Origin: an uncultured Bacillota bacterium
Lineage (GTDB): Bacteria; Sysuimicrobiota; Sysuimicrobiia; Sysuimicrobiales; Segetimicrobiaceae
Assembly: GCA_963804645.1 (NCBI GenBank)
Contig: CAWDRG010000002.1
Span: 32,001 to 96,000, forward strand
Direction: 5' to 3'
DNA length: 64,000 nt
Shown here: positions 50,980 to 59,592 of the stretch, in pieces
Numbering within the stretch: position 1 is the stretch's first letter
How the letters are laid out: each line of letters opens with the position of its first letter
Translations under genes and position numbers: made by a program
Notes under the pieces: generated by a model
Seen by the model: only the letters and a program-made list of their open reading frames with translations
Told to the model about the DNA's origin: nothing
Databases searched by the model: none

Positions 50980-51966
50980 ATGGCCGGGCCCGACGTCCGC
51001 GTCACCCCGCTCACCTCGGAGCCGCTCCGCGACTTAGTCGATATCTGGAACGCCGCGGCCGGCGAGGCGTTTCCGCTCCGCGAAGCGGTGTTCCGGCAGA
51101 ACACGGTGGACGATCCCAACTTCGACCCCGCCGGCTGTGCGATCGCGCGGGCCGGCCCCGACGGCCGGGTCGTCGGGTTCTGCGTCGCCAAAGTCGCGCG
51201 CGTGCCGATCGGCGCGGACGGCCTGACGCCCGAAGACGGCTGGATCAGCATCCTCGCCGTGCATCCCGCGTCCCAGCGTCGGGGCGCCGCCGCCGCACTG
51301 CTCGAGGCGGGCGAGACGTTCCTGCGCGGCCGCCGATGCCGCCACATCCTGCTCGGCGGCGATCCTGGGCACTTCTTCCCCGGGGTGCCCGCCGGCACCG
51401 CCGCGGTACACTTCTTTGAGCGGGCCGGCTACCGGCTTCGCGGCGAGGCGTACGACCTGCGCCGTTCCCTCGGAGGCTACCAGACGCCCGACGCCGTGTC
51501 CGCCGCCCTCGTCGCGCACCCGGATCTCGAGATCCGGCCGCTGACCCCGCAGGACCGCGGCGGCCTGCTCGCGTTTCTCGACGAGACCTTTCCCGGCCGC
51601 TGGCGCTACACGGTCGCGCGGTGTCTCGAGCGGGGCGGCTCGATCGGCGACGTCATGGGTGTGGTGCGGGGCGAGGACGTGCTCGGGTTCGCGCAGCTGT
51701 TCCATCCCGGATCGGCCTGGATCGGGCCCAGCATCGCGTGGGCCGCGGCGCGGTCGGGCGCGACCGGCGGCCTCGGTCCGATGGGGCTTTCCCCCGAGCT
51801 CCGGGGACGCCGCCTCGGGCTGGCGCTGCTCGACCGGGCCGTGCTGCACCTCGCCGGTCTCGGACTGGACGAGATGGTGGTGGATTGGACGATCCTGCTC
51901 GACTTTTACGGCGCGCTCGGATTCGAGCCGTGCCGCGAGTACCGGCACGGCGAGCGCCGCGCGTAG
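50980..51966 (+). CDS. tandem GNAT N-acetyltransferase (GlmA-like)
   Basis: Two acetyl-CoA motifs AVHPASQRRG and GLSPELRGRRLG; HFFPGVP, VDWTILLDFYGALGF. Confidence 0.85.
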   Translation: MAGPDVRVTPLTSEPLRDLVDIWNAAAGEAFPLREAVFRQNTVDDPNFDPAGCAIARAGPDGRVVGFCVAKVARVPIGADGLTPEDGWISILAVHPASQRRGAAAALLEAGETFLRGRRCRHILLGGDPGHFFPGVPAGTAAVHFFERAGYRLRGEAYDLRRSLGGYQTPDAVSAALVAHPDLEIRPLTPQDRGGLLAFLDETFPGRWRYTVARCLERGGSIGDVMGVVRGEDVLGFAQLFHPGSAWIGPSIAWAAARSGATGGLGPMGLSPELRGRRLGLALLDRAVLHLAGLGLDEMVVDWTILLDFYGALGFEPCREYRHGERRA

Positions 51967-51979
51967 GACCGTCCTCGGG

Positions 51980-52288
51980 TCAGCCGAGGTCGACGAGGAC
52001 GTCGTTCCCTTCGACCCGCGTCGGGTAGGTGGCGACGGGCCGGCGCGCGGGCCCCTTCACCACTTGTCCTGTCGTCACGTCGAACTCGCTCCCGTGCCAC
52101 GGGCAGGTGACCACCGTACCCTGGACGTGTCCCTCGCCAAGCGGCCCGCCCACATGCGTGCAGGCGTTGTCGATCGCGTGGAAGACGCCGTTCAGGTTGA
52201 AGATGGCGAGCGTCTTCCCGCCCGTGGAGGCGACCTTGCCCGTGCCCGGTGCAATCTCGCTGACCTGCGCGACTTTTACCGCCGGCAT
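51980..52288 (-). CDS. Rieske [2Fe-2S] ferredoxin
   Basis: CTH...CPWHGSEF. Confidence 0.93.
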   Translation of the reverse strand: MPAVKVAQVSEIAPGTGKVASTGGKTLAIFNLNGVFHAIDNACTHVGGPLGEGHVQGTVVTCPWHGSEFDVTTGQVVKGPARRPVATYPTRVEGNDVLVDLG

Positions 52289-52395
52289 CTCCTCACCCCT
52301 CGATGGTCGCGCGCGTGTGGCGTTCGCCACCGCGCGTCGGTCTCTTGTGCCTCGATCCGGCCGTCTCCCCTGTTGTGCGCGTGCGATCCGGAACG

Positions 52396-53499
52396 CTACG
52401 CCCGTCCCGCGAGACGTCCCCGCAGCTCTTCCTCGAGGCCGTGGGTGAACGCGGCGGTGCCGAGCGGGCCGCCGAGATCGCGCGTCCGCCGGGCCGGCTC
52501 ACGCAGCACCGCGTCCACCGCGTCCTCGATCGCCCACGCCGCCACGGCGCACCGGTCGGCCCCGCGCGTGCGCGCGAGCCAGCGCAGCAGCAGCGCCGCG
52601 GACAGCACGAGCGACGTCGGATTCGCGAGGCCGCGGCCGGCGATATCCGGCGCGGATCCGTGCTGGGCTTGGGCCATGCAGTGGGCATCCCCGGCGTTGA
52701 TTGAGGCCGCGAGGCCGAGCCCACCCGCCAGCTCGGACGCTTCGTCGGAGAGGATGTCGCCGAACATGTTCGTCGTCACCACGACGTCGAACCGCGCGGC
52801 GTCCCGGACGAGCCAGGCCGCCATCGAGTCGACGAGCTGCTCGTCGTACGCGACGTCGGGGTGGGAGGCCGCGACGGCGTGCACCTCGCGCAGGAACAGG
52901 CCTTCGGACACCCGCAGGACGTTGACCTTGTGCACCGCGGTGACCTTCCGCCGGCGCGTCCGCGCCAGTTCGAAGGCGATCCGCGCGATCCGCCGGGAGC
53001 CCTCGGCGGTGACCTTCCGCACCGACAGCGCGAGGTCCGGGGTGGGCATGAACTCACCGGATCCGAGGTGCATGTTGCGATCGGCGTAAAACCCTTCCGT
53101 GTTCTCGCGAACGATCACGAGATCGATCGGCGTGCGGCCCCACGACGCCACGCCCTCGCGGGAGCGCGCCGGTCGAATGTTGGCGAACAGATCCAGGGCC
53201 CGGCGCAGCTCGGCCGAGAGGTTGATGCCGCCCTCGGCGCGGGGCGGATACTCGGCGGTGGAGGCCGGGCCCACCACAATCCCGTCCGCGGCGCGCGCCG
53301 CGTCCAGGACCTCGTCCGGCAGCGTCGTCCCGTCGCGCCGCAGGCGGGCGAGCCCCACCTCGTGCGTCTCGAACCGGAGGCCGAGGGCCAGGGCGTCGTT
53401 GACGAGCGTGAGGATCGCCACGGTGGCCGCGGTAATCTCGGGACCGATGCCGTCTCCAGGCAGGACGACCAGGCGCACGGAGCCGCCTCCACGGGTCAC
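52396..53499 (-). CDS. isocitrate/isopropylmalate dehydrogenase family protein
   Basis: GDGIGPEI, RENTEG, VHKVNVL, NMFGDILSD, HGSAPDIAG. Confidence 0.93.
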   Translation of the reverse strand: MTRGGGSVRLVVLPGDGIGPEITAATVAILTLVNDALALGLRFETHEVGLARLRRDGTTLPDEVLDAARAADGIVVGPASTAEYPPRAEGGINLSAELRRALDLFANIRPARSREGVASWGRTPIDLVIVRENTEGFYADRNMHLGSGEFMPTPDLALSVRKVTAEGSRRIARIAFELARTRRRKVTAVHKVNVLRVSEGLFLREVHAVAASHPDVAYDEQLVDSMAAWLVRDAARFDVVVTTNMFGDILSDEASELAGGLGLAASINAGDAHCMAQAQHGSAPDIAGRGLANPTSLVLSAALLLRWLARTRGADRCAVAAWAIEDAVDAVLREPARRTRDLGGPLGTAAFTHGLEEELRGRLAGRA

Positions 53500-53821
53500 G
53501 CGTCGCGCGCACCCCGCCGGCGCCTCGACGTCCGGGAAGGATCAGGCGCGCCACCGGATCGAAGTGGCCCGCAAGCGGCGCCTGCGGTGCGGGGAGCGCG
53601 TCGAGATGCGTGACGCCTGCATCAATTCGTTCTCGCAGGGGTTGGCGACCTTCTTCGACTACCTGATCCTGGCGCGACCTCCCCGCTCTTGGCGTGGGTG
53701 CGTCAGGCCGGGCCGGCGGTGTACACGCAGGCGTTTCCGTTCGGCCGTGGATTCGACTACTCCCTGCGGACGATGGTACGCCTGCCGTTCGAGTCGGCAG
53801 GCTCCGGCCCGTGTGCCGGTC

Positions 53822-54955
53822 TCACTCGGGACCGATCAGCGCGCGCCAGACCGGGGCGTAGACTGGACGGCCGCGGGCATCGAGCGGAGTTCGCAGATCT
53901 GTGGCGACGCTGCCGTGGACCGCGGAGGCAATGGCCGGCATCACGGGCTCCTCGGGACCGCCGCGAGGCGGCAGCGTGACCATGAATTGGTGGGTGTCTC
54001 GAGGGACGGACGTGTCGGCGACGGCCGGGGTGCCGGGAATCCCGAGCGCCCCGTAGGCGGCCAGGAAGACGCGCGATCCCGCCTCGTCGCGGTGGACCAG
54101 CGCGTACCACCGATCGGACGGGGTGGCGCTTGCCGCGCGCAGCCACGAGGCAAACCCGTGCGAGGCCGGCATGTAGTCCGTCGGACCCGACCAGAGCGCG
54201 ACCCGGGCCACGGCGAAGCGCTTGGCGAGAAACGCCGCCATTCCGGCGCCCTGCGAATGGCCGCCGACGGCCACGAGGCTCCACTGTACCCGGCCCGCGG
54301 CGAGAAACGTGCCCCACCCTTCGGACGGGTGTGCGGCGGCGAGATAGGCGAGCAGCCGCGCGAGCCGGTTCTCGAGTCCGTTCGCGGGAGAGACGGTGAC
54401 GCCATCGGCCGTGCCGCCCCAAATTCTGATCGAGCGGACCTGGGCGGCGCAGTCGAGGTCCGTGTTGCCCGCGCAGATCTGTTCGACGGCGCTCGCTTTC
54501 CGGTCGGCTGCATCGTCCGGGTACTCGAGCCCGATCGCTTTGTACCCCGCACGCGCGGCCTCGGCCACGACGAACTGGTACACCGCCGGCCAGCCCCACG
54601 TCCCGGGCAAGAACACAAACAGCTTCCCGTTCTGGGGCACCGCGCGATCGTACATGACGTAGTGGTCTTTCAGAAAATGATCGATCCGCGCGTCCGTGTC
54701 GGACGGCCTGACGAGATACACGACGCGTGAGGCATCGGCCGGCAACGGACTGGATGCGCGCTCCGCGGGCGTCGAGGGAGTGTCCTGTTCCGTCGCGAGA
54801 CGGGCCAGCAGATCCCACGCACTCTGCGGTACTTGGGCGTGCGACGGTGTCGATAGAAGGCCGGCCGCGAGCAGCGCGCACGCGATCGCCATGAGGCCGC
54901 GCGCACGCGTCGAGCTCGGCCGTCCCGCGTTCGCGCCCCGCGTGTGACAAGGCAT
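53822..54955 (-). CDS. secreted alpha/beta-hydrolase-fold protein
   Basis: Signal peptide ending SHA, VFLPGT, GHSQGAG nucleophile elbow, late His (AVHGS); GGAGG RBS. Confidence 0.75.
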   Translation of the reverse strand: MPCHTRGANAGRPSSTRARGLMAIACALLAAGLLSTPSHAQVPQSAWDLLARLATEQDTPSTPAERASSPLPADASRVVYLVRPSDTDARIDHFLKDHYVMYDRAVPQNGKLFVFLPGTWGWPAVYQFVVAEAARAGYKAIGLEYPDDAADRKASAVEQICAGNTDLDCAAQVRSIRIWGGTADGVTVSPANGLENRLARLLAYLAAAHPSEGWGTFLAAGRVQWSLVAVGGHSQGAGMAAFLAKRFAVARVALWSGPTDYMPASHGFASWLRAASATPSDRWYALVHRDEAGSRVFLAAYGALGIPGTPAVADTSVPRDTHQFMVTLPPRGGPEEPVMPAIASAVHGSVATDLRTPLDARGRPVYAPVWRALIGPE

Positions 54956-55023
54956 TCGATCCACCTCCCAATAATACAGGGTCAGCGGATGGAAACCGCA
55001 ATCAGTTCCGGGAGGCGTGGTCG

Positions 55024-56634
55024 ATGACGAGCGGTGCGACCGGCATGGTGGCGTGTCCCGAGCCCCTCGCCGCCGAGATCGGCGCCGGGATCCTGGCCCG
55101 CGGAGGCAACGCGGTGGACGCGGGGGTCGCGACCGCCTTCGCGCAGACAGTCGCCAACCCGATGATGGCGAGTCTCGGCGGCTGCGGGCACCTGCTCGTC
55201 TACCGCGCCGACACCGCCGCGGTCGAGCTGATCCAAGCCTCGCCGATGTCGGGGTCGCGGGCGGTGCCCGGCGTCTACGAGCCGGTCGCCAGCGGGGCGA
55301 TTCCAGGCGTCGTCGGGTCCGGCCGGCGCGTGGCGGGCGACCGCAACCTTCGAACGCACGCCGCGTCGGTCATCCCCACCCTGGTCCGCGGCCTCGAGGA
55401 GGTTCACCGGCGCTGCGGGACGATGCCGTGGGCGGCGCTGCTTGAGCCGTCGATCGCGCTCGCCCGCGACGGCCTCGTGGTGACCCCGTATCTGTACGAG
55501 ACCTGGGATCCGTTCCTGCCGCACCCAATGGGCGTGCAGCCGTCAGACAAGATCGAGGCCGAGCCCGGCGCGCGGGCGATCTTCATGCCCGAGGGACGGC
55601 TCCTCCGGGTCGGCGAGCGGCTCGTCCAGCGCGACCTTGCCCGCACCCTCGAGCGCGTGGCGCGCGACGGTGCGCGCGTGTTCTACGACGGCGAGATCGG
55701 CGAACAGATCGGCCGCGACTTCGAGGCGCACGGCGGGCTGTTCACCACGGACGACCTGCGGGACGCGGCGGCGACGCTGGGGACGCCCACGTCCGCCCGG
55801 TACCGGGACTGCACGTTCGTGACCGACGCCCCGCCCGGGCTCGGCGTCATCCTGCTGCTGATCATGCAGGTGCTCGAAGGCATCGACGTCCGCTCCCTCG
55901 GCTGGAACTCTCCGGCCTACCTCGACGTGGTCGCACGCACGATGCAGTGGGCGCTCGCCGAGGCCGCCGGGGTGCTGACCGCGGGATCTCCGAACGGGGC
56001 GGCGGCCCTGCTCGACCCGGCGCGCGTCGCATCCGTGCGGGACCGCGTGAAGCGCGGGGAATTCTCGGCCGCCAGCGGCGCCGCGCCGGCGCGCGAAGGG
56101 ACGACCCACCTCGCGATCGTGGACCGTGCGCGGAACGCCGTCTCGTGGGTGCACAGCAGCGGGAGCGGGTCGGGCATCGTCACGCCGGGCCTCGGGTTTG
56201 TGCACAACGACCACATGATCATGTTCGATCCGCACCCGGGCCGGCTCGCGTCGCTCGCGCCCCGGACGGTGCCGGTGCACGGAGGCGGTCCCGTCATCAT
56301 TCTGCGGAGCGGCCGTCCGTGGATGGCGATCGGGTCGCCGGCCGGGGCGCTGAAGACCACCGCGCTGACGCAGGTGCTGCTCGCCGTGCTCGAGTTCGGA
56401 CTGCCGCTCCAGGCCGCGATCTCATCGCCCCGCATCCACACGCAGCACGAGTCCCGGACCGTGATGGTGGAGTCCAACTTCCCGTCGGGCCTGGCGCGCG
56501 CGCTCGGCCGCCTGGGGCATCGGGTGGTGGTCAGCGATTATCGGGCCCGCGTGTCGGCCGTTATGCTGTCTCAGGACGGCGATCTCGTGGGAGGCGCCGA
56601 CCCGCGCGGCGGCGGCGGACTGGAGTGGATCTGA
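55024..56634 (+). CDS. gamma-glutamyltransferase-family protein, divergent
   Basis: GGNAVDA, EGTTHL nucleophile, GSGIVTPG-GF--N, GGADPRG. Confidence 0.9.
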   Translation: MTSGATGMVACPEPLAAEIGAGILARGGNAVDAGVATAFAQTVANPMMASLGGCGHLLVYRADTAAVELIQASPMSGSRAVPGVYEPVASGAIPGVVGSGRRVAGDRNLRTHAASVIPTLVRGLEEVHRRCGTMPWAALLEPSIALARDGLVVTPYLYETWDPFLPHPMGVQPSDKIEAEPGARAIFMPEGRLLRVGERLVQRDLARTLERVARDGARVFYDGEIGEQIGRDFEAHGGLFTTDDLRDAAATLGTPTSARYRDCTFVTDAPPGLGVILLLIMQVLEGIDVRSLGWNSPAYLDVVARTMQWALAEAAGVLTAGSPNGAAALLDPARVASVRDRVKRGEFSAASGAAPAREGTTHLAIVDRARNAVSWVHSSGSGSGIVTPGLGFVHNDHMIMFDPHPGRLASLAPRTVPVHGGGPVIILRSGRPWMAIGSPAGALKTTALTQVLLAVLEFGLPLQAAISSPRIHTQHESRTVMVESNFPSGLARALGRLGHRVVVSDYRARVSAVMLSQDGDLVGGADPRGGGGLEWI

Positions 56635-56644
56635 GATCGACGCG

Positions 56645-56677
56645 AGTTCCCGCCGGGACCCGGTCCCGGCGGGAACT
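56645..56677. terminator. perfect 16-bp inverted repeat, possible bidirectional terminator
   Basis: AGTTCCCGCCGGGACC-C-GGTCCCGGCGGGAACT 10 nt after the GGT stop, between convergent genes. Confidence 0.6.
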
Positions 56678-56882
56678 GTCCGCACAACATCGTGGCAGGT
56701 GCGTCGACACGCTTCCGTGCGCGGGGTGGTACGGCACGTACCGGCGGCACCCCACGACGCCGTGTAGCATGACACGCGTGGCGTCCGACGCTGACCGGCC
56801 TTCGCAGAGCCCCCCGTTGTGTGCGGATCTCTGAGCGGCTACCCTCACTCACGATCGTACCCGCAATCACGGCGCCTGGTGT

Positions 56883-57683
56883 TCAGTCGGCCTGCGATTG
56901 CGTTACCGATTGGTCCCAGTATCCCCGGCGATCATAATGGCGATACAGCCCCGTCTCATACTCACGAGTGGGCGGCGAGCCGTCCGCGTACTCCGGCGAC
57001 CGCCTAATGGCCTCTCGGGTGAGATTGACGAAGACTTTCGACTCGTCCCAACTCACACGCTCGATCCATTGCGGCGCAACCAGGACCTTTTTCCCCGGCC
57101 ACCAGTTCTGTGTATCGATGATGAGATACCGAATCGCCCACGTCGCGTCATCGATGACAAAGTCCGCGATGTGGCCGATCTCGCCATCGGTCGCCTGGAT
57201 GTGGTAGCCGCTCACGGCGTGAGTGCTCCGCAGATGGGGGTCCCACGCTTTCTCGGCTCGGGTCGGCGCTCTCCATAGTGCAGGGTCCGGCATGATCGTG
57301 GGGTACGAGCCCCACATGTCCGGGCCGCTCCAATACGCCGGCCATCCATAATACCCATAATAGTCCTGCTCGAATTGGCGCGAGACCGGTTTGTCACTGT
57401 CCAAGGATGGGCTGCCCTCGATCTGCTTCTTCGTGAGCGTGACGGCGATGTGCCGCTCGTCTTTGCTCACGCTGCCCAGTGCATGTGGAGAGATCAGCAC
57501 CTGCCGGCTCGCCAGCCAGGTGCCCGTGTCGGCGATCAGATACCGAACCGCCCAGTACCGGTCATCGAAGTAGAAGTCTTTGACCTTCCCGATTTCCCCG
57601 TCGAGGCTGTCCAATCGGTATCCCTGCAGTGTCTTCGCTTGGTTGAGCGTCCCAGCACTCCGCGCTCCTACCATACGAGCCAT
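56883..57683 (-). CDS. tandem PRC-barrel domain protein
   Basis: Two repeats DGEIG-V/I-DF--DD--W--RYLI-DT--W; DPHLRS; AGGAGG RBS; lower GC. Confidence 0.9.
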   Translation of the reverse strand: MARMVGARSAGTLNQAKTLQGYRLDSLDGEIGKVKDFYFDDRYWAVRYLIADTGTWLASRQVLISPHALGSVSKDERHIAVTLTKKQIEGSPSLDSDKPVSRQFEQDYYGYYGWPAYWSGPDMWGSYPTIMPDPALWRAPTRAEKAWDPHLRSTHAVSGYHIQATDGEIGHIADFVIDDATWAIRYLIIDTQNWWPGKKVLVAPQWIERVSWDESKVFVNLTREAIRRSPEYADGSPPTREYETGLYRHYDRRGYWDQSVTQSQAD

Positions 57684-58162
57684 GGTGGACCTCCTGATTC
57701 TTACGAGCAAGTTCTATACGGATAAATAACACACCAGCGCGTGACCCATCTGTTCAAAACCGTACACACGCGGTCGGCGGCAGACCCTGTCGGCCGGGCG
57801 GCGCACAGCGCGGGAACACTCGTGGGCGACGCGCAAGTTGGCTTGCAAAGAGAAATTTGGGTCCGTCGTTCAGGGGCGCGCTGACGACGATCGAGGTTCC
57901 CGCAGACGAGGTGTCGTGCTCATGGACGTTGTTTACACACAGCGATGGGGCTGCAGGTATCCATAGTGCTGGCCACATCGTTGGATCGTGTTCCTGAGCC
58001 TGATGGGATGATCCCCGGCGCCATGGCGGTCTGGCGATCCCACGATGACGACGAATTGGATCACGGGCGGCAGGGAATGACCGGCATTCGTCCCAAACTG
58101 GCGCGCAGGCGGCCTGTTCCCGGCCTTCTACCCGTGTCGAGTGTCGTCGATCGGACGGACCG

Positions 58163-58867
58163 CTACCCCGGCGCGGGATGCTGGCGCAGATCCCACCCTG
58201 CGAGCACGGCGATGACCGCGGTGGGGAGCAGCGCAGCCCCGAAGCCGGCGGCGTACTGCGCGGTGCCCCCGACCAGCGCGCCCGCGAGATACGACGCCCA
58301 CACGGCGAACAAGATGGGCGCGCCCTGCCCCGTCCGCGCCGGCGTTCCGCCGCGCGCGCCGTCGATCTTCTCCGCGAACAGGCCAGCCGCGTCGACCGCG
58401 AGGCTGATTAGATTGCCCGTGACGTACGTGGTGGACAGCCGGTACTCCCCGACCTGCCGCACCGCCGACCCTTGCATTCCCATCGCCGCGCCGAGGAGGG
58501 CGATGATCGGCAGGGCCGCCGCCTGCGGCAAGGCGGTGGGCGGGTGCGGGCGCGCGATCACCCAGACGGCGGCCGCGGCGAGCAGGAACACCGTCTCCGT
58601 GCCGAGCACCTCGGCGAGCCGACGGCGGCGGCGCATCACCACGGCGCTGAGGATCGCCCCGGCGAAGAACGTGACGAGGACCAGCAGGGCCCGGCCGGCC
58701 GCGCCCCACTCGGCGTGGCCGGTAAACACGCCCAACAGCACCGTGTTTCCGGTCATGTTCGCCACAAAGAGCCCGAACGTCAGGTAGCCGACGGCGTCGA
58801 GACATCCGGCGCAGCCGCCGAGCAGAAACGCCATACGGCGGCGCGGGTACAGCGATGTGGTGGCCAT
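58163..58867 (-). CDS. YoaK/DUF1275 family membrane protein
   Basis: AGCLDA-GY, FVANMTGN, AMGMQ, TTYVTG. Confidence 0.9.
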   Translation of the reverse strand: MATTSLYPRRRMAFLLGGCAGCLDAVGYLTFGLFVANMTGNTVLLGVFTGHAEWGAAGRALLVLVTFFAGAILSAVVMRRRRRLAEVLGTETVFLLAAAAVWVIARPHPPTALPQAAALPIIALLGAAMGMQGSAVRQVGEYRLSTTYVTGNLISLAVDAAGLFAEKIDGARGGTPARTGQGAPILFAVWASYLAGALVGGTAQYAAGFGAALLPTAVIAVLAGWDLRQHPAPG

Positions 58868-59021
58868 GGGGACCTCCATGTGCGCTCGACCGCGGCCGGC
58901 CGTGCGGCCGCGTACTCTTCGCGGGCGGGCGCGAGCCGGTCCTGCCCCGCTCGGCGCGCGGCGGACCCTGGACGGCGTCCACGGAAGGGCCGCCGAAGTC
59001 CGGGGTGGAACCTCGAGAGCG

Positions 59022-59576
59022 ATGACGGACGTCCACGCGCCGGAGCCGCCGCTCTTTCCCGTCGGGCCGTACTCCGTGGAGGAGGCGCCCGACGGTCAGC
59101 TGCGCGGAGCCTGGATCGACGAACTCGAGGTCGCGCCGGCGCGGCTCAGGGCGGCGGTCGGCGGGGCCTCGGGCCGCGCGCTCGACACCGCGTACCGGAA
59201 CTGGACGATCCGCCAGATCGTGCACCACGTCGCGGACAGCCACCTCAACAGCTACGTGCGGTTCAAGCTCGCGCTGACGGAAGACCGTCCGACGATCAAA
59301 CCTTACGACGAGAGCCGGTGGTCGGATCTCCCCGACGCGCAGCGCGCGGACGTCGAGCTCTCGCTGCGGCTGCTGGACGCGCTGCACGGCCGGTGGATCT
59401 ACCTGCTGCGATCGCTCGCGCCGGAGGCGTTCGCCCGGTCGTTTTACCACCCCGGGACCGGCGAGGTCATGCCCCTGTGGCGCGCGGTGGGCTACTACGC
59501 GTGGCATGCCCGCCATCACACGGCGCAGGTCGAGTGGGTGCGGGCGCACAAGCTTCGGGCCCGGGACCGCGGATGA
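59022..59576 (+). CDS. YfiT/BstA-like bacillithiol transferase (DinB superfamily)
   Basis: WTIRQIVHHVADSH, RFKLALTED-PTIKPYDE, YAWHARHH. Confidence 0.9.
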   Translation: MTDVHAPEPPLFPVGPYSVEEAPDGQLRGAWIDELEVAPARLRAAVGGASGRALDTAYRNWTIRQIVHHVADSHLNSYVRFKLALTEDRPTIKPYDESRWSDLPDAQRADVELSLRLLDALHGRWIYLLRSLAPEAFARSFYHPGTGEVMPLWRAVGYYAWHARHHTAQVEWVRAHKLRARDRG

Positions 59577-59592
59577 TCGGCGAGGCATCGTG

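Noticed and set aside
53500..53821. Protein-like fragments (SFSQGLATFFDYL; YTQAFPFGRGFDYSL) on the plus strand
   Set aside because: Frame-broken, no start signal, no family recognised
57720..58160. Lower-GC intergenic stretch with short ORFs upstream of the PRC-barrel gene
   Set aside because: No convincing ORF, repeat or RNA structure identified
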